This document shows, one piece after another, positions 39,912 to 49,557 of a DNA stretch of 64,000 bases. The notes below the pieces were generated by a model. It searched no databases, was not told the DNA's origin, and was given only the letters and a program-made list of their open reading frames with translations. Location: the IMG/VR virus record IMGVR_UViG_3300029319_000006, positions 82,763 through 146,762 of that record; one strand, written 5' to 3'. Positions within the stretch are counted from its first letter, which is position 1; the number at the start of each line of letters is the position of its first letter. Position numbers and translations under genes: made by a program. The DNA is from a virus.

Positions 39912-40603
39912 TAGAAACCCTTGTATCTTTTTTGATAATTATGTATTTGTTGAACTATATCTTTTTTAATAAAAACTGCATCAATTTGATTCCATATTCC
40001 TTTTCTTATTGCTACATGATGTACTCCTGATGGAACAAAATCATGTTCATATAATGTTTCTATATATTGATCAAAACGTGGAGCTCCTTTGTTATACCAC
40101 ATAATAGGCATTTCAGTTATAATAGCTTTTGTATGTTTCAATGCTTCTTTGCTACCATTAAATATATCTATTTCTGATCCTTGAGTATCTATTTTTATAA
40201 AATCAGGTTGAGGTAATTTGTTTTGTTTAATTAAACTATCTAAAGTAATAGTTGTTACATCTATACTATGATTTTCTAAGTAGTTATCAGTCATTTCTTG
40301 ATATACGCTGTTACCGGTAGTTTGTTCTCTATCATTATCTGATAAGTAAAATTTTACTTCTTTATCATCTTTATCAGACAACACAGCATATATTGAATGA
40401 CTATGGTTATCATCTAATAATTTATTTCCTGCAAAAGCCTCAATCAAGTAAAACATAGTTTCTCTTGGAAATTTATGTTTCCATTTTCTGTACCATTTTC
40501 CTTCATTAGCTCCTATGTCATACACATTCTTAAATGTTATTCCAGCATCTAACAATTCTTGAAGAATAAATTCTAATGTTCTTTCTGGGGATCCTGTAAT
40601 CAT
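39911..40603 (-). CDS. FkbM-family methyltransferase
   Basis: YDIGAN.G, IE, TLD, PDFIKIDTQGSE..I..G. Confidence 0.9.
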   Translation of the reverse strand: MITGSPERTLEFILQELLDAGITFKNVYDIGANEGKWYRKWKHKFPRETMFYLIEAFAGNKLLDDNHSHSIYAVLSDKDDKEVKFYLSDNDREQTTGNSVYQEMTDNYLENHSIDVTTITLDSLIKQNKLPQPDFIKIDTQGSEIDIFNGSKEALKHTKAIITEMPIMWYNKGAPRFDQYIETLYEHDFVPSGVHHVAIRKGIWNQIDAVFIKKDIVQQIHNYQKRYKGF

Positions 40604-40604
40604 T

Positions 40605-41747
40605 TTACCACTCCGGTGATGTTAGTATATTATCAGGATCTAAATTATCTTTCATCTTTTCAGCTATAAATTTAATATCATCTATAAGAGTATTTGAAAG
40701 AGTAATTGGTTCAAAACCTAAACTACGAAGACCTTGATTATCTACTTCTAATTCATTTTCTTTTAATTCTTTTCTTGGATTAGGTACATATTGAATATTC
40801 GCACCATATTTTTCAGCACATAATTCTGCTAATTCCTTTACATTTCTTACTTCAGCAACTTGATTAAATATTCTTACTTTATTTCCTTCAGGGATACTTT
40901 CTACTGCTAATTTTATACAATTAGCTGTATCTTGAATATGAATAAAAGCTCTAGTCTGACCTCCAGTTCCATAAACTGTTATATCATTACCAGTTGCTGC
41001 CTGAGAAATAAATCTATTTAATACTGTTCCATAGATACCATCATAATCAAATCTGTTCACTAATTTTGGATCTAACATAGTTTCTTCTGTTTGAGTTCCC
41101 CAACATATACCTTGATGAAGATCAGTAATTTTGATACCCCAGTTTTTATTATAGAACTGAAATAGGATTTGGTCAAGAGATTTTGTCATATGATAAACAC
41201 TACCAGGATTAGTTGGATAAAGTACATCAACATCTTTTTGTGTTGAATTAACTTTTATATTTAAATATCCTTCTGGTATTTTACCAAAATCTTTAGAATA
41301 TCCATATACACCCATAGTACCTAAATGAACTAAATGACATTCAGGAACAATATTAACAATAGCATTTAGAATATTATGTGTAGTCGTAATATTGTTTTCA
41401 ACAGTATATCTTCTATGCATTTCAGAAAGCATTGAATATGGAGCAGATCTTTGTTCTGCAAAATGAATTATAACTTCTGGTTTCATTTTTTGAACATAAT
41501 TCGTAAATCCTAAATAATTTATAGCAACATCAATCTGTCCAAATTTTAATGGCATACCATGTCTTAAAGCTGCATCTATTCTATTCTCCATTGATTCAAT
41601 ATTAGTAAGAGAATTACTATGTGTCTCTTTATCAATTTTCCTTCTGGAAAAATTATCTAATATGTGAACATCATGTCCAGCTTTAGCTAACTTCAATGAA
41701 GTTGGCCAACCACAAAAACCATCTCCTCCTAAAACTAAAATTCTCAT
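40605..41747 (-). CDS. sqdB: UDP-sulfoquinovose synthase
   Basis: GGDGFCGWPT, DN.SRR, HFAEQRSAPYSM, HLGTMGVYGY, IPEGY, YP..PGSVYH.TK, TDLHQGI.WG, NRFDYDG.YGTVLNRF. Confidence 0.95.
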   Translation of the reverse strand: MRILVLGGDGFCGWPTSLKLAKAGHDVHILDNFSRRKIDKETHSNSLTNIESMENRIDAALRHGMPLKFGQIDVAINYLGFTNYVQKMKPEVIIHFAEQRSAPYSMLSEMHRRYTVENNITTTHNILNAIVNIVPECHLVHLGTMGVYGYSKDFGKIPEGYLNIKVNSTQKDVDVLYPTNPGSVYHMTKSLDQILFQFYNKNWGIKITDLHQGICWGTQTEETMLDPKLVNRFDYDGIYGTVLNRFISQAATGNDITVYGTGGQTRAFIHIQDTANCIKLAVESIPEGNKVRIFNQVAEVRNVKELAELCAEKYGANIQYVPNPRKELKENELEVDNQGLRSLGFEPITLSNTLIDDIKFIAEKMKDNLDPDNILTSPEW

Positions 41748-41950
41748 TTTAAATCTGTACCTTCCTCATGGCATGATAATTGAATTGAATAATATTGATT
41801 ACTTTCATGCCAAGACCAATTATCTAAATTAGCCATTGCTTCACATTGTTCTAATGGCATAGGTTGATTAAGAACATATTGATTTCCTATATAAACCCAA
41901 TCCGTTCCTGTATTTCCCCATAAAGAAAATACTAATAAATATTTTACCAT
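41744..41950 (-). CDS. Small hypothetical protein with hydrophobic N-terminus and two Cys
   Basis: Operonic 68-aa ORF overlapping both neighbours. Confidence 0.55.
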   Translation of the reverse strand: MVKYLLVFSLWGNTGTDWVYIGNQYVLNQPMPLEQCEAMANLDNWSWHESNQYYSIQLSCHEEGTDLK

Positions 41951-42906
41951 TGATTGCTCCCATAATAATTTCTATACCATTGTACAAATTCTTTTACACC
42001 TATTTCAATAGGAGTTTTAGGATTATATCCTAACTGTCTTATTTTAGTTGTATCAGACCATGTTTCTTTAGCATCTGCATCATGTTTTGGTCTCATAGTT
42101 TTTGCAGATGTCTTACCTAATTCTTTTTCGATTATTTCTATAAAATCTAATAGCTGAACTTGTCTACCATTACCTATATTATATATTTCTCTTTTACTCA
42201 TGTTATTTGATATGATGTGTATACCGTCTACTATATCATCAATATATGTAAAATCTCTTTTCATATCTCCATGATTAAATACTTCAATAGGTTTATCATT
42301 AAGTATTTTATCAGTGAATCCAAATAAAGCCATATCAGGTCTACCCCATGGTCCATAAACTGTAAAGAACCTTAGACCTATTGCATTAGGTATTTTAGAT
42401 ATATGAAACATATGTTCATTCAATTGTTTAGTATATCCATAAGGACTTAGCTGAGGTCCTAACTTATCTGATTCTTTCCAAGGTAAAGGATTACCATGCA
42501 TAACACAAGATGTTGAAGCATAAATTACATTTTCAACATCATGTTTTTCTAATACTTGTATCAAATTTAAAGTACCAGTAACATTATTATCAACATACTC
42601 TTGAGCGTTATCCATAGAATATCTGACTCCAGCCATAGCTGCTAAATGTATAACCAAATGAGGTTTTATTTTTTTAATATATTTGTCTAAACCATGTAAA
42701 TCGTATAAGTCAAGATTCTTACATTTAATTTCATATTTTTCTTTTAAATATTTGGCTCTGTCTCTTTTCAATTTAGGATCATAATACATATTAAAATTAT
42801 CAAATCCATAAACTTCATATTCACCACTTTCTTCTAAATTAATAGCTGTATGAAATCCAATGAATCCAGCCATTCCTGTTATTACTACTTTAAGAGCCAT
42901 TAACAT
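41944..42906 (-). CDS. NAD-dependent epimerase, UDP-glucuronate 4-epimerase-like
   Basis: TG.AGFIG, YYDPKLK..R, HLAA.AGVRYS, YGYTK, LRFFTVYGPWGRPDMA. Confidence 0.92.
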   Translation of the reverse strand: MLMALKVVITGMAGFIGFHTAINLEESGEYEVYGFDNFNMYYDPKLKRDRAKYLKEKYEIKCKNLDLYDLHGLDKYIKKIKPHLVIHLAAMAGVRYSMDNAQEYVDNNVTGTLNLIQVLEKHDVENVIYASTSCVMHGNPLPWKESDKLGPQLSPYGYTKQLNEHMFHISKIPNAIGLRFFTVYGPWGRPDMALFGFTDKILNDKPIEVFNHGDMKRDFTYIDDIVDGIHIISNNMSKREIYNIGNGRQVQLLDFIEIIEKELGKTSAKTMRPKHDADAKETWSDTTKIRQLGYNPKTPIEIGVKEFVQWYRNYYGSNQW

Positions 42907-43678
42907 CCTCCATTAATTGTTTAATATTTTCTCCTCTATTAGGCAATAAATCTTTCAAAAAGAAATGTACAAAATTGCATTCGTTTATTCTAGTATTAGC
43001 AGTATACAACCCATTCCATTTCCAGTCAAGGTTTTTTATTTTCATGTTTTCTTCTCTAATCCATGTATTAAGAAGTGTCTGATCTGTCGACCATTTCCAT
43101 GCTCCTTGACCATCTATAAAATCTTTAAACCTAGGTCTTCTTAAAAACTCTGTAGGTGTTTGACCTTTTAGATATGGAAGTATTGATTGGTTCATAACCA
43201 TTACACCCATATTCATAAACTCACCACCTAATTGATTCCATTTCCAATCTACAGTTTTAATATTATGATACTGCATTTGTGAATAATTAATTATTTTTGC
43301 CTTATACTGTTCTGTGATAGGCATTTCTCTTTCTACTACAGCAGCAAAATGATAATCACTAGGCACGCTATCAAAAATGGACTCACTGACAGAGCTCCGA
43401 ACAAATACATCAGCGTCAATAACACAGACACTGTCATAGGTTTCAAGATAATTGAACGAATTTTCTTTCTCATAGATTGGAAGGAAGCCACCATATTTTT
43501 CATAAGATTCATTACTCCTATTTGTTGCGAACACATCAGGTTTAATTCTAAGAATTGGTTGGCGCTGTATTGCGTAATAAGCACCTATTCTACTTGCATA
43601 TTGTTTTACTGAATCGGTACAACGATCGTATAGATTGGATCTATTTCCCGTGTACACTTGGTAGATCAATGTCTTCAT
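42890..43678 (-). CDS. GT-A glycosyltransferase-like (paralogue family)
   Basis: LIYQV, YA.RIGA, YD.V.VIDAD, N.GVMV, DQTLLN.W, KWN, FVHF. Confidence 0.75.
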   Translation of the reverse strand: MKTLIYQVYTGNRSNLYDRCTDSVKQYASRIGAYYAIQRQPILRIKPDVFATNRSNESYEKYGGFLPIYEKENSFNYLETYDSVCVIDADVFVRSSVSESIFDSVPSDYHFAAVVEREMPITEQYKAKIINYSQMQYHNIKTVDWKWNQLGGEFMNMGVMVMNQSILPYLKGQTPTEFLRRPRFKDFIDGQGAWKWSTDQTLLNTWIREENMKIKNLDWKWNGLYTANTRINECNFVHFFLKDLLPNRGENIKQLMEDVNGS

Positions 43679-44288
43679 AATCTAAGCCTATAAAATGTCT
43701 TTTTGGAGTGTAATGTTCTATGGTATTTAGTCCTTCAATATTTACTTGTTCTATAAAGTAAAAATCATTCATTTCTTTTTGTTTTTTAGTATTCATAAAA
43801 TTAGCTATATGACCATCACTATTCATTTTTATTGTTTTACATATTGCATTGGAAATTAATCTTTCAGCAAAAAGAGGAGTAATATAATATCCAGATCCTA
43901 CTGATAGATCTTTAGTACCATCTTCTCTTCTTATATAAGATAAAATTTTATATCCTTCAAACAAAATATCTTGTTCTATTGGTTTTATTAATTTTGAATC
44001 GTGTTCAATAATTATCATAGGTCTCCATTCTCTAAGACATTTGCACCACAAATCAAAATGGCTATACCACACGGCTTTTTCAGTAGCAGAAAATTCTCTA
44101 TCTTTCCTTGCTACTGTGCCTTGTTTTAAACCAAATTTTAGTTGATTTCTATAAACTAAATCTTTAGCAGTAGTTGCTTCGTGATAAAATAAATCATAAT
44201 CTCTCCAACTGTGTTTTACATGATTCACATATAATTCAGAAAGAGGATGTTCTGACATCCTTATCATAAATATTTTAAATTTTTTCAC
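43641..44288 (-). CDS. Glycosyltransferase family 25-like
   Basis: EATT, TEKAVWYSHFDLW.KC, IIEHD, GYYITP..A..L. Confidence 0.8.
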   Translation of the reverse strand: MKKFKIFMIRMSEHPLSELYVNHVKHSWRDYDLFYHEATTAKDLVYRNQLKFGLKQGTVARKDREFSATEKAVWYSHFDLWCKCLREWRPMIIIEHDSKLIKPIEQDILFEGYKILSYIRREDGTKDLSVGSGYYITPLFAERLISNAICKTIKMNSDGHIANFMNTKKQKEMNDFYFIEQVNIEGLNTIEHYTPKRHFIGLDYEDIDLPSVHGK

Positions 44289-44974
44289 TACATCCCATGA
44301 ACATTTATTGGAAATGCATATCTTGCCATATTCATTTCTGATCCAAACTTAACAGTATTTAAAAAATCACCATGATTTTCTTCTGCTATCCATCTTTTCC
44401 ATGATCTCGATAAAAACTCATCAAGAGGAATATCGATACCAATTGGTGAATTTTTATACAAATTAGATTTACATATTTGATTAACTAAAGACCAAGCCAT
44501 TTTAGGTGTAATAAAAGTCCCAAAAGAAAATAAAGCCTTGTTGGTCACAGAACCTTTAGCTAAAGGCCAAAATTTAAAGTATCTTGTATCCATGAATATT
44601 TTATCATCAATAAAATCTAAACTACCATATACAAAGGGATCAGATAAAAAATTTCTATGAAGTTTAGCCCCCTGTTGAGTTATTATTACAGCATCATCTT
44701 CAAGCCTTCTTATTTTTCTTAAAATGTTAACATAAGAAAACCATTCTGATATTTTTTGTTTACCCAACATTTTAAATAAAGGAATTTGGTAATCATATCC
44801 ACCTTGATCTAATTTAGATATCCAAGCATATTCTTGTACAATACAATTTGTAAATCCTGATGCATAAAAGGAATTTTTTGTTAAATCAATAGCTCTTTGA
44901 CCTTCAAATGTATAGGGGTCTCCAATAATATATACTTTAATATCTGGATCTAAAAAATGGCTTTTGTAGGTCAT
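44288..44974 (-). CDS. Divergent GT25-like protein
   Basis: VYII, WFSY..IL, FITPKMA..L, D.FL; the EHD motif is replaced. Confidence 0.45.
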   Translation of the reverse strand: MTYKSHFLDPDIKVYIIGDPYTFEGQRAIDLTKNSFYASGFTNCIVQEYAWISKLDQGGYDYQIPLFKMLGKQKISEWFSYVNILRKIRRLEDDAVIITQQGAKLHRNFLSDPFVYGSLDFIDDKIFMDTRYFKFWPLAKGSVTNKALFSFGTFITPKMAWSLVNQICKSNLYKNSPIGIDIPLDEFLSRSWKRWIAEENHGDFLNTVKFGSEMNMARYAFPINVHGM

Positions 44975-45930
44975 CTGTAATCTTCTAAACTAAATTTTGT
45001 TCCATACATCTTATAGTTTTTACGATCGTGATTAGTATACACTAAAACTTCAGGGTCATCAACTAAAAAATCACAAGTTTTACAAAAGTCTGGATAATCA
45101 CCATCTCTATGTTGTTGTCTAAGTTTATTGTATTTATCTCCATTCCATATGTCAACTATTTTATTTTCACTACCATGTCCTAAAACAGCTTCATCATCTC
45201 TTCCAAGCACTTGACAACAAGGGTGAACAGCTCCAGTTTTACCATCAAGACCACCACTGCGAATAACAATATCAGGCGAAAAAGGTCGTCCACAAGTTTT
45301 TTTATTTCCTTTTCTTTCGTATTCTGGTTCATAAACACCACTCCAGTTATGCATTTTCCATATTTCTGTTGAAACTCTTGCAGAATCAACAATTTTTAAA
45401 TACTGTTGTATTTCATATTCTATTTGATTATTATCTAAAATTAAATGATAAGTTGCTACTTTACATGTCGATCTAGTTTTGACAACATATCTTTTCATTT
45501 CATGTAAATTACTTATAACTCTATAAAAATGTTTACTATTCATCCATTGATTGTAAGTATCAAAGTTATATCCAATTATACTAAATCTAAAAAAATCTAA
45601 CCCAGCATCAACACATTCATTCATAAAGTTTCCAAACATTCTCATTCCATTAGAAAATATTACTGCTTGTGCGTTATATTTTTTTACTATGGAAATATAA
45701 TTTGGTAAATTTTTAAGTACTGTAGCTTCTCCAGAACCGTCTAAATTAACTACATTCAATCCAGCTTCTGCACATTGAGCTACATAATTTTCAAATTCAG
45801 ACAAAGGCATACGACCAGTCCAAGCCTTACCTCTAGCTCCTGTTTTACCTTCTGGAGTAGTTTGAGGACACATTTTACAAGTATAATTGCATCCTCCATT
45901 TACTTCTATAACTGCTCTATCTATATACAT
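44971..45930 (-). CDS. Radical SAM protein with SPASM/twitch domain
   Basis: CNYTCKMC (CxxxCxxC), GSGE, SNG, C-terminal C.RPF...PCC...IW......LR..H...CKTC. Confidence 0.92.
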   Translation of the reverse strand: MYIDRAVIEVNGGCNYTCKMCPQTTPEGKTGARGKAWTGRMPLSEFENYVAQCAEAGLNVVNLDGSGEATVLKNLPNYISIVKKYNAQAVIFSNGMRMFGNFMNECVDAGLDFFRFSIIGYNFDTYNQWMNSKHFYRVISNLHEMKRYVVKTRSTCKVATYHLILDNNQIEYEIQQYLKIVDSARVSTEIWKMHNWSGVYEPEYERKGNKKTCGRPFSPDIVIRSGGLDGKTGAVHPCCQVLGRDDEAVLGHGSENKIVDIWNGDKYNKLRQQHRDGDYPDFCKTCDFLVDDPEVLVYTNHDRKNYKMYGTKFSLEDYR

Positions 45931-46760
45931 TAATATCCATTTATTAACTTGAAAAATAACATTTTATAATTATTAGCTTTTTCTGTAGCTGATTCAATAA
46001 AGTAAGTTATCTTTTTTAAATTAGTATCAATAAAAAATTTTTCTCCTCTTATTATATGAGCGGCTGGTGTATGCCAAACAGATAAATTACTATTTGTAAT
46101 AACAATATGAGGTTTAAAAAAATTCTTAGAAATATAATGCCACATACCTTCATAGGAAATGCAGCAATCACAAGTTCTAATGTGATAATAAGCCTCTCTT
46201 ATAGGAGTTCTATAATCAATCTCTACAACATCATAACCAAAGTCTTTTAATAAATTTATTAATCTTTCCCATTCCCATTCAAGTAAAGGAAATTTAAAAC
46301 TTTTTACTTGTTGTTCTGCATTGAATGTAGGCCTCCACAACACTATCTTATTATCTATAGGAGTTGTGTCTATAGATTGATCAAAAGCCCAATACTTATA
46401 AAAAGATGAATTTCTTTCCCAAGGTTTTTTTACACCAGTATACTTTTTTCTGTATAATAAAAAATCCTGAGAATTAAATACATGTGTTACATTTACAATG
46501 TCTTTCCACATGTATCTATCCAATACAAATTTTGCCCTTTCATCTACTGATTCAGGATCTTCAAAATGGTAATAATAATTTTTGGGGAAGTGATAATGTA
46601 GTTCTAAGTTAACTGGTTTTTGATTTATAAATGCTCTAATGTATGCACTATTGAATGCATACATGCTATCGCCAATACCAACAGTGGTTTTCCATTTAAT
46701 ATCGCTAACACCATAATTATCTTTCCAGTTTGAGACAATTATTTGCCACAGATTTTTCAT
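45930..46760 (-). CDS. GT-B (GT9-like) glycosyltransferase-like protein
   Basis: GIGD near the N-terminus; W..LI..L...G..VVEI...I..C...ISYEG..HY. Confidence 0.55.
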   Translation of the reverse strand: MKNLWQIIVSNWKDNYGVSDIKWKTTVGIGDSMYAFNSAYIRAFINQKPVNLELHYHFPKNYYYHFEDPESVDERAKFVLDRYMWKDIVNVTHVFNSQDFLLYRKKYTGVKKPWERNSSFYKYWAFDQSIDTTPIDNKIVLWRPTFNAEQQVKSFKFPLLEWEWERLINLLKDFGYDVVEIDYRTPIREAYYHIRTCDCCISYEGMWHYISKNFFKPHIVITNSNLSVWHTPAAHIIRGEKFFIDTNLKKITYFIESATEKANNYKMLFFKLINGY

Positions 46761-46965
46761 AATATTCTACAATCTCATTAGCAATATGTAATGCTTGTTT
46801 ATAGTTTTTTCTAAATCTATTACTTTTATGACCTGTATTTATAAAGTATTTTAAATTATCAATATCTCCAGAATGGGAGTTTAATTTAAAAGGACGTCTT
46901 GCAGTAATCAAATTTTCATACTGATATCTTAAATTTAATATTTCTGCAAGAGACTTTTCATCCAT
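46717..46965 (-). CDS. Hypothetical protein
   Basis: AAGGAG SD; operonic. Confidence 0.65.
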   Translation of the reverse strand: MDEKSLAEILNLRYQYENLITARRPFKLNSHSGDIDNLKYFINTGHKSNRFRKNYKQALHIANEIVEYYEKSVANNCLKLER

Positions 46966-46969
46966 AAAT

Positions 46970-47572
46970 TTACTCCTTGTTATTCAGACTTTGATCGCTA
47001 ATTCCAATAGTTGGATTCATTTTGGCATATTCGTCTGGTTTATTAAGTTTTATATATTCTCTATCTACTTCATATTTTATATTACATGCTAGAATTGTTT
47101 TTCTTAAATTACTTTCAATAATAGGCGATCTATGAACTAAAAAAGTAGGAAAGAAAAGAATATCTCCTTCTTTAACAGGAAATGTTCCATAATCTAAAAA
47201 TTCTGTTGCTTCTTTTACCTCAGGCAACTCTACATAATATATAACTCCAAAATGGCCGTCATGGTTATGCCATCCAAAATCTGATCCTTGAATATATTGT
47301 TGAAACCAAGGTCTTCCAAGACTATTTAGTTTTACTTTGAGTGAATATATTTCACCCACATCTACTAAATAGTTCCACACAACATTTTGCAAATACATTT
47401 CATAGGGTCTTGGAATATTTGGATCCATATTAAAATCATAATAATATCCTTTTTCATTAGGAACTATATTATTAACTTTTATATATTCTTCAATATAATC
47501 AAGAAGAACTTTTTTATGGATCTCATGGTCCTCAACATGAAATATGTGAACGTGTTCAGGAACGTTTTTCAT
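46970..47572 (-). CDS. 2OG-Fe(II) oxygenase-like protein
   Basis: WFQQY...WHNH...IYY..LP...TEF...EGD...FP....HRSP....R. Confidence 0.8.
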   Translation of the reverse strand: MKNVPEHVHIFHVEDHEIHKKVLLDYIEEYIKVNNIVPNEKGYYYDFNMDPNIPRPYEMYLQNVVWNYLVDVGEIYSLKVKLNSLGRPWFQQYIQGSDFGWHNHDGHFGVIYYVELPEVKEATEFLDYGTFPVKEGDILFFPTFLVHRSPIIESNLRKTILACNIKYEVDREYIKLNKPDEYAKMNPTIGISDQSLNNKE

Positions 47573-47574
47573 TA

Positions 47575-48042
47575 TTACATTAATTCAAAGTGAGGACCGT
47601 CTATAAATGGACGTCTGCCTTGACTGCGTCTTAAATCAACATATTTCATCATTGCATCTTCTGCTGAACCAGGATATGTTCTTATATCTCCTTCAGACCA
47701 TGCAGCACCCCATTTTATTGCAACTCCATGTTGTTCAGCTGCAGCTTTGAATGCGTCACAAATATCATCATATACATTAATTTCCCAAACAACATCTGAT
47801 CCATCATATGCAACAACATCTACTGCATGTGAATAACCAGAGTCTTGAATCAAATGTTTTGATTTCATAGTTTGTGATCTACCAGATGCTACGAGCTTCT
47901 CCTGCTCGGCTTTTGTTCGCACCCCATATGTCACTCCAAAGTCGACTTTAGTCAATCCTATAGCCGTTTCGACAACTTTAACCATATCTGGATGAACACC
48001 TTCAAGTTTACCTTTAGATCTATTACTTAATTTAAAAGCCAT
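47575..48042 (-). CDS. Endolysin, peptidase M15 (L-Ala-D-Glu peptidase-like)
   Basis: S.RS...LEGVHP.., G.RT..EQ..L, SKH....HAVD, WG..W, DGPHFEL. Confidence 0.9.
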   Translation of the reverse strand: MAFKLSNRSKGKLEGVHPDMVKVVETAIGLTKVDFGVTYGVRTKAEQEKLVASGRSQTMKSKHLIQDSGYSHAVDVVAYDGSDVVWEINVYDDICDAFKAAAEQHGVAIKWGAAWSEGDIRTYPGSAEDAMMKYVDLRRSQGRRPFIDGPHFELM

Positions 48043-48050
48043 AATTTCTC

Positions 48051-48281
48051 CTATACATTAATTTTATTATCTTTACTTGAACCTTTTTTTATACTCTTCA
48101 AAACATCTTTCCAACCATCAGAAGTCTTACTTAGCGTACTTCCATGTTGAGTAATAAATTTTGGAGATATAATTTTTTGTTCATATTTACCACTTTTTAA
48201 TTTTTCTTCTCTTTCTGCAAGAGTACAAAAAACTTCTTCCTCTTCTCGAGTTTTTTTATTTATGAATGTGTAAGTAGGCAT
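48051..48281 (-). CDS. FmdB-like small protein
   Basis: MPTYTF N-terminus; SDGWKDVLK.IK. Confidence 0.7.
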   Translation of the reverse strand: MPTYTFINKKTREEEEVFCTLAEREEKLKSGKYEQKIISPKFITQHGSTLSKTSDGWKDVLKSIKKGSSKDNKINV

Positions 48282-48715
48282 TATTTCAATATTAATCCTG
48301 GAAAAGCCTCTTTCACTAAAGACTTAGTGATTCCTTTTAATTTTAAATCTTTATTTATCATTTGCACAACTAATTCAGCATCTTTAGGATGTATAGATTC
48401 AATTATATCTAAGAACATTTTTTCCCTTAAATAATTCTTCATTCTAGATCCAGGACCTCCTTTAGCAAAATTTGATAATTTTTTATGTTGCTGAGTCCAA
48501 GTTGAAGGATGAGTATCTTCTGGTGCTGGTTCATAAGGTACTTTTCCTTTAGGTAAAAGCCAAACAACCACATCATCAAAAGACCCTCTTAAAATATCTT
48601 TCAAAGCCCAATTATTGTCTTCTTTTTTTAAAAGTTCTAATCTTTCTTTTTTAGTTTTTGCTTTAGATATCTTATCTAAAATTTCAAACGTATACCAATT
48701 AGTTTTATTTACCAT
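48281..48715 (-). CDS. Conserved T4-like hypothetical protein
   Basis: EIL.K.SK, FD..V.W.LP.G.VPY, RE.MF...ESIHP.DAEL, V.EAFP. Confidence 0.75.
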   Translation of the reverse strand: MVNKTNWYTFEILDKISKAKTKKERLELLKKEDNNWALKDILRGSFDDVVVWLLPKGKVPYEPAPEDTHPSTWTQQHKKLSNFAKGGPGSRMKNYLREKMFLDIIESIHPKDAELVVQMINKDLKLKGITKSLVKEAFPGLILK

Positions 48716-49557
48716 TATATAAAATCCCTTACATCTTCTAATAATCTACGACATCTTTTTTCTAAAAGATAATTGAATACTTTATTTTTATTTTTACTTT
48801 TATCTTGATTAGTAAAACTATTTATAATTTGTTTTTTTATCTCTTGTGGAGCTTCTTCTAAATCTATAAGTTTTCTATTACGACAATAGTTACGATATAT
48901 ATCTTCACCCATACTTTTAGGATCATTAGAAAGTATATCTAACTGTTTTTTACGAAGAGGTGTTTGTCTAACACCGTCGACAAAACAATTATCAGAACTT
49001 AGTACATTAGGTACACCATCTGCTTGATCTCCACGTAACACTAATTCCATTAATTGTGCTCTAGGAGTATTTTCTTTTATCCATTTTTTGAGGACAGGAG
49101 AATATTGATCTACATTTTCATATTTTTGCAATTGAGCAAAATCTTTATCTGCTGAAATAATTAATACTTTTTCATACTGTCCAAATTCTTGTGTATTTTC
49201 TACTAACGCTGCTATACAATCATCTGCTTCGGCTTTATCATTTATAACAATTTTATATGGAAAATTATTTTCAATTTCTTCAAAAACCATATTGGTTATT
49301 CTAAACACTTCATTCCAATCTAACTTTGATTGTTTACGAGCATCTTTACGTTTGTATTTGTATTGAGGAAAATAATCTTTACGCCAGTTTTTTGTACCAT
49401 CACTACATATGACTAATTCACCATATTTACTGTAATGTTTAGATCTATGCATTCTTAAACTATTAAGAATCATATGTCTGATCAAATCTTCTTCTGGATC
49501 TAATTTTTGAGCTACTATTGTTCCAATTGCTATAGCATTATAATCAATTAATATCAT
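48715..49557 (-). CDS. rnh: T4-like RNase H (5'-3' exonuclease)
   Basis: ILID, IRHMILNSLR, WRK..FP.YK..R, EADD, IS.DKDF.QL, GD..DG.PN.LS. Confidence 0.95.
   Translation of the reverse strand: MILIDYNAIAIGTIVAQKLDPEEDLIRHMILNSLRMHRSKHYSKYGELVICSDGTKNWRKDYFPQYKYKRKDARKQSKLDWNEVFRITNMVFEEIENNFPYKIVINDKAEADDCIAALVENTQEFGQYEKVLIISADKDFAQLQKYENVDQYSPVLKKWIKENTPRAQLMELVLRGDQADGVPNVLSSDNCFVDGVRQTPLRKKQLDILSNDPKSMGEDIYRNYCRNRKLIDLEEAPQEIKKQIINSFTNQDKSKNKNKVFNYLLEKRCRRLLEDVRDFI

Noticed and set aside
46836-48826. Intragenic TATAAATA matches (46836-46843, 48819-48826) as definite late promoters
   Set aside because: The 8-mer is expected many times by chance at this AT content; only intergenic, start-proximal copies were annotated.
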